From NCBI GenBank assembly GCA_965248845.1, contig CBDFKO010000002.1, positions 968,063-1,032,062 of the forward strand: 64,000 bases of DNA, read 5' to 3'. The notes below the pieces were generated by a model. The model was not told the DNA's origin. It saw nothing but the letters and a program-made list of their open reading frames with translations, and did not search any database. Below, one piece after another: positions 38,469-48,475 of the stretch. A program made the translations under genes and the position numbers. The stretch is from Acidobacteriota bacterium (GTDB taxonomy: Bacteria; Acidobacteriota; UBA890; WLXD01). Every line of letters begins with the position of its first letter. Within the stretch, counting starts at the first letter, position 1.

Positions 38469-40328
38469 TCAGCCCTCCAGGGCAGCGCCCCGGACCCCCG
38501 TGATGTCGAGAGCCTCGAGCACCTCGAGCACCCGCTCCTCCTTTCGGTAGGGCGGTATGACGTGTACTCCGGCGACGCGGCCCGGCAGGGCAGCAAGGAG
38601 ATCTCGCGCCAGCCGACGACCCGTGGCCTCCGGATCCGCCGCGGCCGACAGGGTACCCCGCATGGACTCGGGAATGTCGACTCCTGGAACCTCGTTGTGG
38701 AGGTATTCCGCATGCGCGCTCGTGCGCAGGGGCAGGAGGCCGACGATCACCGGGACCGACAGCTCTCCGATCCGGGCCAGGAAGCGATCTAATAGATCCA
38801 GGCTGAAGATCGGGGGCGTGACTACCGCCACAGCTCCGGCCTCTGCCTGGGCGCTCAGGCGACGTACCTCGTCGTCCAGGTCGGCCGCGGTCGGGTCTCC
38901 CGCCACCAGCGGTACAAAGGCGGTCGGCTCACCGATGGTATTGCCCGCCAGGTCGAGCCCCCGGTTCATCGAGTCCAGAATGCGGACCAGGCCGAGCGGG
39001 CCGACGTCGGCCAGGGTGGTGGCATTCGGATAGTCACCGAAGTTGGCCGGATCGGCGACCGAGATCAACAGGTTGCGCACTCCGAGCACGTGGGCTGCCA
39101 ACATGTCCGATTGAATCCCGAGCATGTTCTTGTCGCGACTCGCGTACGCCTGCACGCACTCGACCCCGAGCTCAGACTGCAGCCGATAGGCTACGACCGT
39201 CGGATGCACGACCAGGCGCGCCCGCAGCGACTCGGACAGGATCAGGGTGTCGACGTCTGCTTGCATCAGCCTGCGACCTTGCCGCACCGTCGGAGCCAGG
39301 TCATGGGAACGCGGGAGCTCCAGGTCGACCGCCACCACGAAGCTCCGACCCAGCCGTGCGGCTAAACCCGTGCGCTGAGGCGCGGGAACGGGCTCACGCG
39401 CGCCCTTGACCGCCGGCTCGTCCTGCAAGCCGTCGCGTCGCACCTCGACTACCTGACGCCGGATCTCGGCGGCCATGGCAGCGACGTGCTCCGGCGTTGA
39501 GCCGCAGCAAGCACCGACGATCGAAGCCCCGGCCTCAGCAAGCAGGCGCGCGTATCGCGCCATGTACTGCGGCTCGGCGTGGTAGTCGATGCGCCCATCG
39601 ACCAGGCGCGGCAGACCGGCTGTCGGCAGAGCCGACAGTGGCAATTCGCTCCGCTGGGCCATGCGCAGGATGATGTCGAGCATGCGCTGCGGTCCAACAG
39701 TGCAGTTGGCGCCGACGACGTCGGCACCGCCGGCCTCCGCCCGTGCCACGACCTCATGTGGTAGCTCGCCCATCAGGGTACGGCCGTCCTCGGTGAAGGT
39801 CTTGTGAACTACGATCGGCAGGTCCGAGGTGTCGCGTGCGGCCCCAAGGGCCACGTCGAACTCCTCGAGATCCGAGATGGTCTCGATTACGAGCAGGTCG
39901 ACACCGCCGTCCACAAGCGCCGCGATCTGCTCGCGGAAGGCCTCGATGGCAGCTGCGCGGGGAACGGATCCGAGCGGTTCCATCGCCAGCCCCAGCGGCC
40001 CTACGACCCCGGCGACGTAGGCCCGCCCCCGACTGGCCTGTCGCGCCAGCCGAGCGGCGTGCACGTTGATCTTCTGCACCTGGCCGGCAAGCCCGAAGTG
40101 CTCCAGTTGCAGTCTGTGCGCACCGTAGGTGTTGGTGCCGACGATCTCCGCTCCCGCCGCGACGTACTCCCGGTGGATGCGCTCCACCAGACCCGGGGCC
40201 AGCAGACACTGCTCCGGAAAGCAACGGTCCATAGGAACGCCCAGGGTATGCAGGTAGGTCCCCATGGCGCCGTCGGACACGATGACCCCCTGCGTCAGGC
40301 GCTCGCGGAAATCGGGCGTCTTTCGCAT
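38469..40328 (-). CDS. Bifunctional homocysteine S-methyltransferase / 5,10-methylenetetrahydrofolate reductase fusion
   Basis: N-terminal Hcy-binding S-methyltransferase domain (zinc cysteines in the GACCG region) fused to a C-terminal MetF/MTHFR domain. Confidence 0.85.
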   Translation of the reverse strand: MRKTPDFRERLTQGVIVSDGAMGTYLHTLGVPMDRCFPEQCLLAPGLVERIHREYVAAGAEIVGTNTYGAHRLQLEHFGLAGQVQKINVHAARLARQASRGRAYVAGVVGPLGLAMEPLGSVPRAAAIEAFREQIAALVDGGVDLLVIETISDLEEFDVALGAARDTSDLPIVVHKTFTEDGRTLMGELPHEVVARAEAGGADVVGANCTVGPQRMLDIILRMAQRSELPLSALPTAGLPRLVDGRIDYHAEPQYMARYARLLAEAGASIVGACCGSTPEHVAAMAAEIRRQVVEVRRDGLQDEPAVKGAREPVPAPQRTGLAARLGRSFVVAVDLELPRSHDLAPTVRQGRRLMQADVDTLILSESLRARLVVHPTVVAYRLQSELGVECVQAYASRDKNMLGIQSDMLAAHVLGVRNLLISVADPANFGDYPNATTLADVGPLGLVRILDSMNRGLDLAGNTIGEPTAFVPLVAGDPTAADLDDEVRRLSAQAEAGAVAVVTPPIFSLDLLDRFLARIGELSVPVIVGLLPLRTSAHAEYLHNEVPGVDIPESMRGTLSAAADPEATGRRLARDLLAALPGRVAGVHVIPPYRKEERVLEVLEALDITGVRGAALEG

Positions 40329-40372
40329 CCCGCTAGAGTACCCGATCGTCAGCGCACGAAACGGCCGGGTAC

Positions 40373-40534
40373 GAGCAGGCCATGGCGAGGTGTGATGCGT
40401 CGGGGCAAGTAGGTTCTACGGCCGAGGGCAAGGCTCGGCAGAGCCGGCGCAGGCACATCGTCGAGAGCGTGCCGCGAGGCATCTGCGCCCCTGGCGGCGT
40501 AACCAGCCCATCACACTTTCACCACGGCCTGGTA
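40373..40534. repeat. MITE-like element, copy C (~160 bp), in the divergent promoter region between the methyltransferase gene and the glycosyltransferase cluster
   Basis: Left end gagcaggccatggcgaggtgtgatgcg; right end cccatcacactttcaccacggcctggTAG; interior homologous to copy A (cggccgagggcaagg, acatcgtcgag). Confidence 0.6.
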
Positions 40535-40600
40535 GGAGACCGTGCTAGAGTTCAGCCTTCTTGGGGCGCCCCTGCTCCGCCTCCCATCTGCCCGCTCCCG

Positions 40601-41707
40601 ATGCGAATCTGTATCGACTACCGGCCGGCGCTGCACGAGTCCACTGGGGTCGGCACCTACGTAAAAGGGCTGCTGTACGGGCTGCTGGAGTGCTACCCCG
40701 ACGAACGGATCACAGCTTTCTCGGCCTCGTGGCGACACCGTCCGGACCCACCCAAGGAACTCGAAGGCGCCCGGTTCGTCGACGCACGCTTCCCGGTCCG
40801 GCTCCTGGATCTGCTCTGGAACCGCGGCGCTTGGCCGGCCATCGAACGCTGGGTCGGTCCGCAGGACCTGGTCCATTCGCCGTCGCCGTTGCCGCTGCCG
40901 ACGCGCACTGCCCGACAGGTCGTCACGGTCCACGACTGCTACTTTCTGCGCCATCCCGAGGACGTCGATGGACCGATGCGACGCGACTTCGCACCCATGT
41001 TGAAGCGAGCACTCGAGTCGGCCGATGGCATCATCACCAACACCGAGACGACCCGACGCGAGTTGCTCGAGCTCGTCGACATTCCCGAGCAGCGCGTGCA
41101 CGTGACCTTGCTCGGGCTGGACCCGGCCTTCGAAGGCCACGAGGCTCCGGTCGCTCGGATCGCCGGCTTGCCTGCGCGCTACCTGCTGTTCGTCGGACGC
41201 CGGGAACCGCGCAAGGACCCGCGCACACTCCTGCAGGCGTTCGACCTGATCTTGGACCACGACCCCGACCAGCATCTCGTTCTAGTCGGTCCGGACGGCC
41301 TGCGCTGGGACCAGACCTGGGCGGCCGCAAGCGAACGCGCGCGGGCCCGGACCATCCGTATGCCGCACGAGTCCACCGAACGACTTGCCGGTATCTACGC
41401 CGGCGCCGAAGGATTGCTGCTGCCATCGCGGTGGGAGGGGTTCGGGCTTACTGCGATCGAGGCCATGGCCATGGGAACACCGGTGATCGCGACGCGGTGT
41501 GGAGCCCTGCCGGAGGTGCTGGGTAACGCCGCGATCTGGTTCGATGTCGGGGACGCACGCGCCCTGGCCGATGCTTGTCTCGGTCTCGCCGACGATCCCG
41601 AGAGGCGACGACGTCTGGTGGCACGGGGCACCGAACGGGCGCGCCGCTATCGCTGGCAGAACACCGCGCGCCGCACCCACGAGCTGTACCGACAGCTCGC
41701 CGCATGA
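40601..41707 (+). CDS. Glycosyltransferase family 4
   Basis: GT-B fold with the EGFGL(T/P)..EAMA motif; ATG 40601. Confidence 0.85.
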   Translation: MRICIDYRPALHESTGVGTYVKGLLYGLLECYPDERITAFSASWRHRPDPPKELEGARFVDARFPVRLLDLLWNRGAWPAIERWVGPQDLVHSPSPLPLPTRTARQVVTVHDCYFLRHPEDVDGPMRRDFAPMLKRALESADGIITNTETTRRELLELVDIPEQRVHVTLLGLDPAFEGHEAPVARIAGLPARYLLFVGRREPRKDPRTLLQAFDLILDHDPDQHLVLVGPDGLRWDQTWAAASERARARTIRMPHESTERLAGIYAGAEGLLLPSRWEGFGLTAIEAMAMGTPVIATRCGALPEVLGNAAIWFDVGDARALADACLGLADDPERRRRLVARGTERARRYRWQNTARRTHELYRQLAA

Positions 41708-42804
41708 GTTCCGGCAAGCCGCTGCGGATCGCCGTCGACGCTCGTGAGCTCGAGGGTCGCCCCACGGGGGTCGGCCGTGTAGTCGCCGGCCTCCTGGCGT
41801 CCTGGCCCAGAACCGACGACCGAATCGAGCTAATCTGTCGCTCCGCCATCCGCCCCCCCTGGCTGCGCGAGGGATGGGCCGTGCGCACGGCAAGCGGCGC
41901 CCCCCGACTCCCGGGGGCCCTGTGGGAGCAGACGGTATTGCCAATGGCGCTTGGCGACGCGGAGGTCCTAGTTGCGCCCAACTACGGTATGCCGCGGTTC
42001 GCCCCAATCCCGACAGCCGTGTGTATGCACGACTGCGCTCCGTTCGCCTTACCTGAGACGTTCGCCGCTCGAGAGCGGGCCCGCCGACGCTGGTCGGCGC
42101 GCGTTGCTGCCCGCCGAGCCGCAGTGATCTTCATGGGCTCGGAGTTCGCCGCGCGTGAATGCCATCGGTGGCTCGGCGTTTCGGACCAGCGGCTCCTCGT
42201 TATCCCGTGGGGATGCACGCCGGAGTTCCGGCCCGCTTCCCGCGAGCGGGTGGCGACGGTGCGTTCACGCTACCGACTGCGCGACCGCGTCGTGCTGTTC
42301 GTCGGCTCGCAGCTGCAGCGGCGGGACATCGATGCCCTCGGCCGTCACGTAGCACAGCTACGGGCCGGTCGCGATGACCTGGAGCTATGCATCGTCGGCG
42401 GCAATCCGGAGGCCGCCGAGCACACCGATCAAGACCGGCACGTACGACGACTGGGCTATGTTCCCGACGAGGACCTCCCTGCCCTCTACAGCGCCGCTAC
42501 GGTGGTGGCCTACCCGTCGCGCTACGAAGGGTTCGGCCTACCGGTGCTCGAGGCCCTGGCATGCGGAACGCCCGTCGTGGCCTCGGCTACCAGTGCACTC
42601 CTCGACGTCTTCTCCGGCCGGGCGCGGCTCGTGGACCACGACGACGACGTGGCCTGGCTCGAAGCGCTGGCTCGCCTGCTCGACAGTCAGGAGGTCCGCG
42701 ACCAGGAGATCGCACGGGGTCACGGCTGGGCCGTCGGTCGTGACTGGGACGCGAGCGCCGCCCGTCTGCGAGCCCGACTCGCTGACATCGGATCGACGCC
42801 ATGA
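41704..42804 (+). CDS. Glycosyltransferase family 4
   Basis: The EGFGLPVLEALACGTPVV motif; start overlaps the upstream stop (ATGA). Confidence 0.85.
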   Translation: MSSGKPLRIAVDARELEGRPTGVGRVVAGLLASWPRTDDRIELICRSAIRPPWLREGWAVRTASGAPRLPGALWEQTVLPMALGDAEVLVAPNYGMPRFAPIPTAVCMHDCAPFALPETFAARERARRRWSARVAARRAAVIFMGSEFAARECHRWLGVSDQRLLVIPWGCTPEFRPASRERVATVRSRYRLRDRVVLFVGSQLQRRDIDALGRHVAQLRAGRDDLELCIVGGNPEAAEHTDQDRHVRRLGYVPDEDLPALYSAATVVAYPSRYEGFGLPVLEALACGTPVVASATSALLDVFSGRARLVDHDDDVAWLEALARLLDSQEVRDQEIARGHGWAVGRDWDASAARLRARLADIGSTP

Positions 42805-43697
42805 CGCCGATCGACATCGTCGTCGTCAGCTACAATCGCCGCGATCTTCTGCTGCAGTGCTGTGCTGCCGTAGGACGGCTCGAGCAGGCAACCCGCCTTT
42901 TCGTCGTCGACAACGCCTCCGATGACGGTAGCGCTGCGGCGGTTCGCGAACGCGTTCCGGCGGCGCACGTCATCGACATGGGCTCCAACCGCGGCTTCGC
43001 CGCGGCCGTGAATCGTGGCGTGGGCGAGGGCTCGGCGCCGCTCGTGCTGTTGCTCAACAGCGACGCGTCGATCCAGAGCGCGGCGCTGGGCCGGCTGGCT
43101 GAGGTTCTCGAGCGCGACCCCGAGGTGGCCGGCGCGGGGCCGCGGATCCGCGGTGCCGGTGGTCAACTCGAGCTATCGACAGGGCGCACCATGAGCGTGT
43201 TGAACGACATCGGGTTCCTGGTCGCCGGTCTCCTGCATCGGGGTGGCAACGGCCCCCTGACGCCGCTACTGGAGCGACACGCTTCACGCCCGCGGATCGC
43301 GGGATCGCTCACCGGCGCCTGCCTGTTACTGCGGCGCACGGCCCTGGAGTCGGTGGGCGGGCTCGACGAGCGCTTCTTCCTCTACGCCGAGGACGTCGAC
43401 TTGTGCCTCCGCTTGCGCCAAGCAGGTTGGCGCCTCCGATACGTTCCGGAAGCCACGGCCTGTCACCTGCGCGGTGGCTCAGCGGCGACAGCACCGGCGG
43501 CAACGGCGCTCGCCTACCGACGCAGCCAGCTCGCCTTCTACGACAAGCACCGTGGGTCGGTGCAGCGCACCATGCTCCGCGGCTGGCTACTGGCCCGCTT
43601 CGGTGTCGCCGCCCTCCTGGCCGGTGGCGCGCGCGGAACCAGGGCCCGGCAGGTGGTCGCCATGGCACTCGGGCGTGGAGCGGGAGCGGGCAGCTGA
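42801..43697 (+). CDS. Glycosyltransferase family 2
   Basis: IVVVSYNRRDLL...VVDNASDDGS...DAS motifs of the GT-A fold; ATGA overlap with the upstream gene. Confidence 0.85.
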   Translation: MTPIDIVVVSYNRRDLLLQCCAAVGRLEQATRLFVVDNASDDGSAAAVRERVPAAHVIDMGSNRGFAAAVNRGVGEGSAPLVLLLNSDASIQSAALGRLAEVLERDPEVAGAGPRIRGAGGQLELSTGRTMSVLNDIGFLVAGLLHRGGNGPLTPLLERHASRPRIAGSLTGACLLLRRTALESVGGLDERFFLYAEDVDLCLRLRQAGWRLRYVPEATACHLRGGSAATAPAATALAYRRSQLAFYDKHRGSVQRTMLRGWLLARFGVAALLAGGARGTRARQVVAMALGRGAGAGS

Positions 43698-44845
43698 TGC
43701 GGGTGCTGATCGACGCGCGCAAGCTCGGCGACTTCGGCATCGGCAGGTACATCCGAGGACTCGTGGGGGCCGCGGCCGCGCTACGACCGAGCTGGGAGTT
43801 CTGCGTGATGTCGCGACCCGAGAACAGCGACATCGCCACCTGGGCTGCCGGGAACGTACGCGTCGTTCTCGACTCCACCGGCGACTACTCGCTGGGCGAG
43901 ATGGTGGCCGGGAGTCGTTGCGCCCGGAGGATCGGAGCGGACCTGTTTCACGCGCCGCACTATGTCTTCCCGCGGCGCCTCCCCTGCCCCGGCATCGTGA
44001 CGATCCACGACTGCATCCACCTACGGTACCCTGGCCATCTGCCGCGTCCGCTCGGCCTGCTACCTCGCCGCCTCAGCCTGCTGTATGCGCAGCGCATGAT
44101 GCGCTTCGCAACGCGCACGGCGAGCCACGTGATCGCCGTGTCGGAAGCCACGCGAGCCGATATCGTCGATCGGCTTGGCGTCGGCGCCACCCGGGTCACG
44201 GCAATCCTCAACGGAGGTGGGACGGACGCGCTGGCGGCGCATGTAGCCGACCGGGCCGACTCCGACGACAGGAACGCGGCTCTGCCCGGTCTCTACGTGC
44301 TGTTCGTGGGCAACCCGAAGCCGCACAAGAACCTATCGGGTCTGCTGAGTGCCTTCGCCGGCCTGGCCGCGGACTATCCGGTTCTGCAGCTCGTGTTGGT
44401 CGGGCCTCTGGGGGCGCTCGCCGATGCGGTGGCAGCGCATCCGGCATCGACCGACCTGGCCGCTCGGATCCACAACTTGGGCCTCCTGTCCGAGCACGAG
44501 CTGCGTTGCGTCTACCGACAGGCGACACTGCAGTGCATGCCGTCGCTGTACGAGGGTTTCGGTCTGCCGGCGCTAGAGGCCATGGCTGCGGGGACGCCGG
44601 TAGTCGCATCCGATGCTGGTGGTCTGCCCGAGGTCGTCGGCGACGCCGGCGTCTTGGTCGAGCCGGGTAGTGTGGAGGCACTGACCGAGGCCCTGGCTCA
44701 CCTCCTGAGCGACGAGACCCGCCGCCGAGAGCTGGCCCGTCGGGGGCGGGAGCGCGCCTCCCGATTCAGCTGGCAACGCGCCGCCGAAGCAACCCTCGAC
44801 ATCTACGAGCTGGTCACCCTCCAGAAGGTCGCGGTGAAAATCTGA
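43697..44845 (+). CDS. Glycosyltransferase family 4
   Basis: YEGFGLPALEAMAAGTPVVAS; start overlaps the upstream stop. Confidence 0.85.
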   Translation: MRVLIDARKLGDFGIGRYIRGLVGAAAALRPSWEFCVMSRPENSDIATWAAGNVRVVLDSTGDYSLGEMVAGSRCARRIGADLFHAPHYVFPRRLPCPGIVTIHDCIHLRYPGHLPRPLGLLPRRLSLLYAQRMMRFATRTASHVIAVSEATRADIVDRLGVGATRVTAILNGGGTDALAAHVADRADSDDRNAALPGLYVLFVGNPKPHKNLSGLLSAFAGLAADYPVLQLVLVGPLGALADAVAAHPASTDLAARIHNLGLLSEHELRCVYRQATLQCMPSLYEGFGLPALEAMAAGTPVVASDAGGLPEVVGDAGVLVEPGSVEALTEALAHLLSDETRRRELARRGRERASRFSWQRAAEATLDIYELVTLQKVAVKI

Positions 44846-44861
44846 TGGGTCTGATCGGGCT

Positions 44862-45992
44862 GTGAGAGTCGCACTCGTCCACGACTGGCTCACCGGTATG
44901 CGCGGTGGCGAGAAGGTACTCGAGGAGCTCGTCCGGCTGTTCCCCGAGGCCTCCATCCATACGCTAGTGCATGAGCTCGGCTCGGTGAGCGACCTGTTGG
45001 AATCGCGGCCGATCCATACCTCGTTCATCCAGCGGCTGCCGACGCGCTCGGCCTTCCGCTGGTACCTGCCTTTATTCCCGGCCGCCGTACGCGGGTTGGA
45101 CCCGGGCGAGGTCGACCTGGTGTTTTCCAGCAGTCACTGCGCTGCCAAGGCGATCATCGCGCCGCCGGGGGCACGTCACCTGTGCTACTGCCACACCCCC
45201 ATGCGCTACGCCTGGGACCAGTTCGACGCCTACTTCTCACCTGAACGGTCGGGCCGCCTACGCTACCCGATCATCCGTGCGGTCATCGCCTGGCTGCGGC
45301 ACTGGGATCGCGCGACAGCTCATCGCGTGCACGCCTTCGCCGCCAACTCTGCCTACGTTGCCGGGCGGATCCGCCGTTACTACGACCGCGAGGCGGTCGT
45401 CATCCCGCCACCGGTCGACACGGAGCGTCTCACTCCCGGCGAGACAGCCCCCGAGCCATTCTGGCTGATGGTCTCGGCCCTCACCCCGTACAAGCGCATC
45501 GAGCTGGCGATCGAGGCCTTCAACCGCACGCGACGAGCGCTGGTGATCGCGGGGTGGGGGCCCGAGCGTGAGCGGCTAGAAGATCTCGCCGGACCGACCG
45601 TCCGTCTCGTCGGCAAGGTGACCGACACGGAGCTCCTCGACCTGTATCGTCGATGTCGCGGCTTCCTGCTTCCGGGCGTCGAAGACGCCGGCATCGCGCC
45701 GCTCGAGGCCATGGCCTGCGGACGGCCGGCGCTGGTGCTCAACCAGGGCGGAGCCGCGGAGGCCATCGTACCTGGCGAAACGGGTCTGCTTATCGAATCA
45801 CCGACTTCCGAGGCCATGAACGCAGCTATTGACACCGCCGAAGGCCTCTCCTTCAATACTGAGACGATCCGTACGCATGCGGAGCGCTACTCCCGGGCCG
45901 CGTTCAGGCGTCGTATCGAGCGCTTCGTCGAGCAAAACTTCAGCGGGTCGCAGATGGCTGCCCACCCGCCCTCCGACCCCGCACCTTCCTGA
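44862..45992 (+). CDS. Glycosyltransferase family 4
   Basis: GT4-like with a GTG start and MRVALVHDWLTGMRGGEKV N-terminus. Confidence 0.85.
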   Translation: MRVALVHDWLTGMRGGEKVLEELVRLFPEASIHTLVHELGSVSDLLESRPIHTSFIQRLPTRSAFRWYLPLFPAAVRGLDPGEVDLVFSSSHCAAKAIIAPPGARHLCYCHTPMRYAWDQFDAYFSPERSGRLRYPIIRAVIAWLRHWDRATAHRVHAFAANSAYVAGRIRRYYDREAVVIPPPVDTERLTPGETAPEPFWLMVSALTPYKRIELAIEAFNRTRRALVIAGWGPERERLEDLAGPTVRLVGKVTDTELLDLYRRCRGFLLPGVEDAGIAPLEAMACGRPALVLNQGGAAEAIVPGETGLLIESPTSEAMNAAIDTAEGLSFNTETIRTHAERYSRAAFRRRIERFVEQNFSGSQMAAHPPSDPAPS

Positions 45993-46006
45993 CCCGAGGC
46001 CACGGA

Positions 46007-47476
46007 TTGATCGCACGCCAGCGCACTCAGCAAGCGGTCGCGCTCTTCATATCCGACCTCGTCGCTATCGGGGTGGCTTTCTGGTTCGCCTACTGGCTGC
46101 GCTTCGTCGCCCAGGTGATCGAGGTCCGCGATCGACCCGAGGACATCCCGACCCTGGGCAGCTACTGGCCCGTATTGGCCGCGGCGCTGATCGTGGTTCC
46201 GCTGATCCTGGCATCGGCGCGGCTGTACCGGGTCGGGCGCACGAACGCCCGGATCGAGGGCTACATCCGGGTGGCCGGCGCCGTCAGCTTCGGCCTGCTG
46301 CTCGTCGCCGCCCTGGTGGCCGCGCTGTACCGACCGGAGCAGCTAGTGCCGGTGAACGTCGGCGACGGGCAGACCGAGCTCGTGCGTGTCATCAGCTTCC
46401 AGATCTCCCGCTGGTTCCTGATTTTCTTTTGGGCCGAGACGGTGTTCGCGGCAGTGGCAGGGCGCGTGCTGATTCAGCGTTTTATCGACCGCGCCCGGCG
46501 ATCCGGCAGCAACCTCAAGAGCATTCTCATTGCCGGCACTGGGCCTCTCGCGGAAACCGTGATCAACAAGATCCGCCTGCACGAGGAATTCGGCCTCAGA
46601 GTGGTCGGTATGCTCGAAGCCGAGCCGGAGGCGGCCGAGTACCGCGGCGTGCCAGTGGTCGGATCCCTGGCCGACGCGGCGCGCCTGGTCCGCAAGCGTA
46701 AGGTCGACCAGGTCTACGTCGCCCTGCCGCTGTCGGCCCACGAGCAGATCCTGCAGCTGCTCCGCGACCTGGCCCACGAGATCGTCGAGGTCAAGGTGGT
46801 CCCGGATCTGCTGCAGTACATTACCCTGGGTGCAGGAGTAGAGGACCTCGACGGTGTGCCCATCGTCAACCTCTCGCGTATCCCGCTCGAGGGCTTCCCC
46901 GCCGTCGTCAAGCGGACCTTCGACATCCTCTTCGCCGGGGCGTGTCTGCTGCTGTTTGCCCCGTTGTTCCCCATCATCGCGCTGGCCGTGCGCCTCACCT
47001 CACCCGGCCCGATCCTGTACCGGCAGCAGCGCATGGGTCTCGACGGGCGCCCCTTCGACTTGCTGAAGTTCCGCTCGATGGTCGTCGATGCCGAGGCCCA
47101 CACCGGCCCGGTGTGGGCCGATGAAAAGGACCGGCGCTGTACCCCGATCGGCTCGGCGCTGCGCAAGTTGAGCCTCGACGAGCTACCACAGTTCTGGAAC
47201 GTGCTGCGCGGCGACATGAGCCTGGTCGGCCCGCGGCCGGAGCGCCCCTACTTCGTCGACCAGTTCCGCGAGCACATCCCTCACTACATGCTTCGCCATC
47301 GCGTGCGAGCCGGGCTTACCGGCTGGGCCCAGGTACACGGATGGCGGGGGAATACGTCGCTCGAGAAGCGCATAGAATACGACCTCTATTACATCGAGAA
47401 CTGGTCGCTGGCGCTTGACTTCAAGATCCTCTGGATGACCGTAACCAACGGCATGGTCCACGAGCACGCCTACTGA
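46007..47476 (+). CDS. Priming sugar transferase (undecaprenyl-phosphate hexose-1-phosphate transferase, WcaJ/WbaP-like)
   Basis: N-terminal TM region plus the bacterial sugar transferase domain (PRPE..., DELPQFWNVLRGDMSLVGPRP). Confidence 0.9.
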   Translation: MIARQRTQQAVALFISDLVAIGVAFWFAYWLRFVAQVIEVRDRPEDIPTLGSYWPVLAAALIVVPLILASARLYRVGRTNARIEGYIRVAGAVSFGLLLVAALVAALYRPEQLVPVNVGDGQTELVRVISFQISRWFLIFFWAETVFAAVAGRVLIQRFIDRARRSGSNLKSILIAGTGPLAETVINKIRLHEEFGLRVVGMLEAEPEAAEYRGVPVVGSLADAARLVRKRKVDQVYVALPLSAHEQILQLLRDLAHEIVEVKVVPDLLQYITLGAGVEDLDGVPIVNLSRIPLEGFPAVVKRTFDILFAGACLLLFAPLFPIIALAVRLTSPGPILYRQQRMGLDGRPFDLLKFRSMVVDAEAHTGPVWADEKDRRCTPIGSALRKLSLDELPQFWNVLRGDMSLVGPRPERPYFVDQFREHIPHYMLRHRVRAGLTGWAQVHGWRGNTSLEKRIEYDLYYIENWSLALDFKILWMTVTNGMVHEHAY

Positions 47477-47515
47477 GCAAGCCCCGCCGGCTCGCTGGGA
47501 GGCGGGAGTGCGATC

Positions 47516-48475
47516 ATGAGTGAACGCACAGAGACAGTGCTGATCACAGGTGGTGCCGGATTCATCGGCTCGCACCTCGCCGAGCATCTGCTGGGCCAGG
47601 GTGCCCGCGTGATCGTCATGGACAACTTGCTCACCGGCACCGCGAGCAACGTAGCGCGTTTCGCCAACCGCGACTACCTGTTCATCCAGCACGACGTCAC
47701 CAACTACATGTTCATCGATGAGCCGGTCGACTACGTCCTCCATTTCGCCTCGCCGGCGTCCCCGATCGACTATCTCCGCTACCCGATCCAGACGCTCAAG
47801 GTCGGTGCGCTGGGGACGCACAAGGCACTCGGCCTGGCGCGCCACAAGAACGCGGTCTTCATGTTGGCCTCGACCTCCGAGGTGTACGGCGACCCCCAGA
47901 TCAACCCGCAGCCCGAGTCCTACTGGGGGCACGTGAATCCGATCGGCCCGCGCGGCGTCTACGACGAGGCCAAGCGCTTTGGCGAGGCGATCACCATGGC
48001 CTACCACCGCAGCCACGGGCTGCGGACACGGATCGCGCGAATCTTCAACACCTACGGGCCTCGAATGCGGGTCGACGATGGACGGGCGGTGCCCAACTTC
48101 CTCATGCAGGCGCTTACGGCCGAGCCGATCACGGTGTACGGGGACGGCTCCCAGACGCGTTCCTTCTGCTACGTCGAGGACACGGTGCGTGGCCTCGTGG
48201 CACTGATGTGCTCGGCGGTCAGCGAACCGGTGAACGTCGGAAACCCGGCCGAGATCTCCATTCTGGACATCGCCCGGTTGATCGTCGACAAGACCGAGTC
48301 GAACAGCGAGATCGTGTTTCACGATCTTCCGGTCGACGATCCCAAGGTGCGACGCCCCGACATCGGCCGCGCGCACGCGGAGCTGGGTTGGGACCCGCAG
48401 ATCGACCTCGCCGAAGGTCTCGAGCTCACGATTCCCTGGTTCCGCCAGCAGCTCGCCAAGCGCCAGACCGCCTAG
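47516..48475 (+). CDS. UDP-glucuronate decarboxylase (UDP-xylose synthase), SDR family
   Basis: [10 protein letters not shown] Rossmann motif, catalytic YDEAKR and UXS-type conservation. Stop TAG lies within the CTAG that was targeted by IS5. Confidence 0.9.
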   Translation: MSERTETVLITGGAGFIGSHLAEHLLGQGARVIVMDNLLTGTASNVARFANRDYLFIQHDVTNYMFIDEPVDYVLHFASPASPIDYLRYPIQTLKVGALGTHKALGLARHKNAVFMLASTSEVYGDPQINPQPESYWGHVNPIGPRGVYDEAKRFGEAITMAYHRSHGLRTRIARIFNTYGPRMRVDDGRAVPNFLMQALTAEPITVYGDGSQTRSFCYVEDTVRGLVALMCSAVSEPVNVGNPAEISILDIARLIVDKTESNSEIVFHDLPVDDPKVRRPDIGRAHAELGWDPQIDLAEGLELTIPWFRQQLAKRQTA

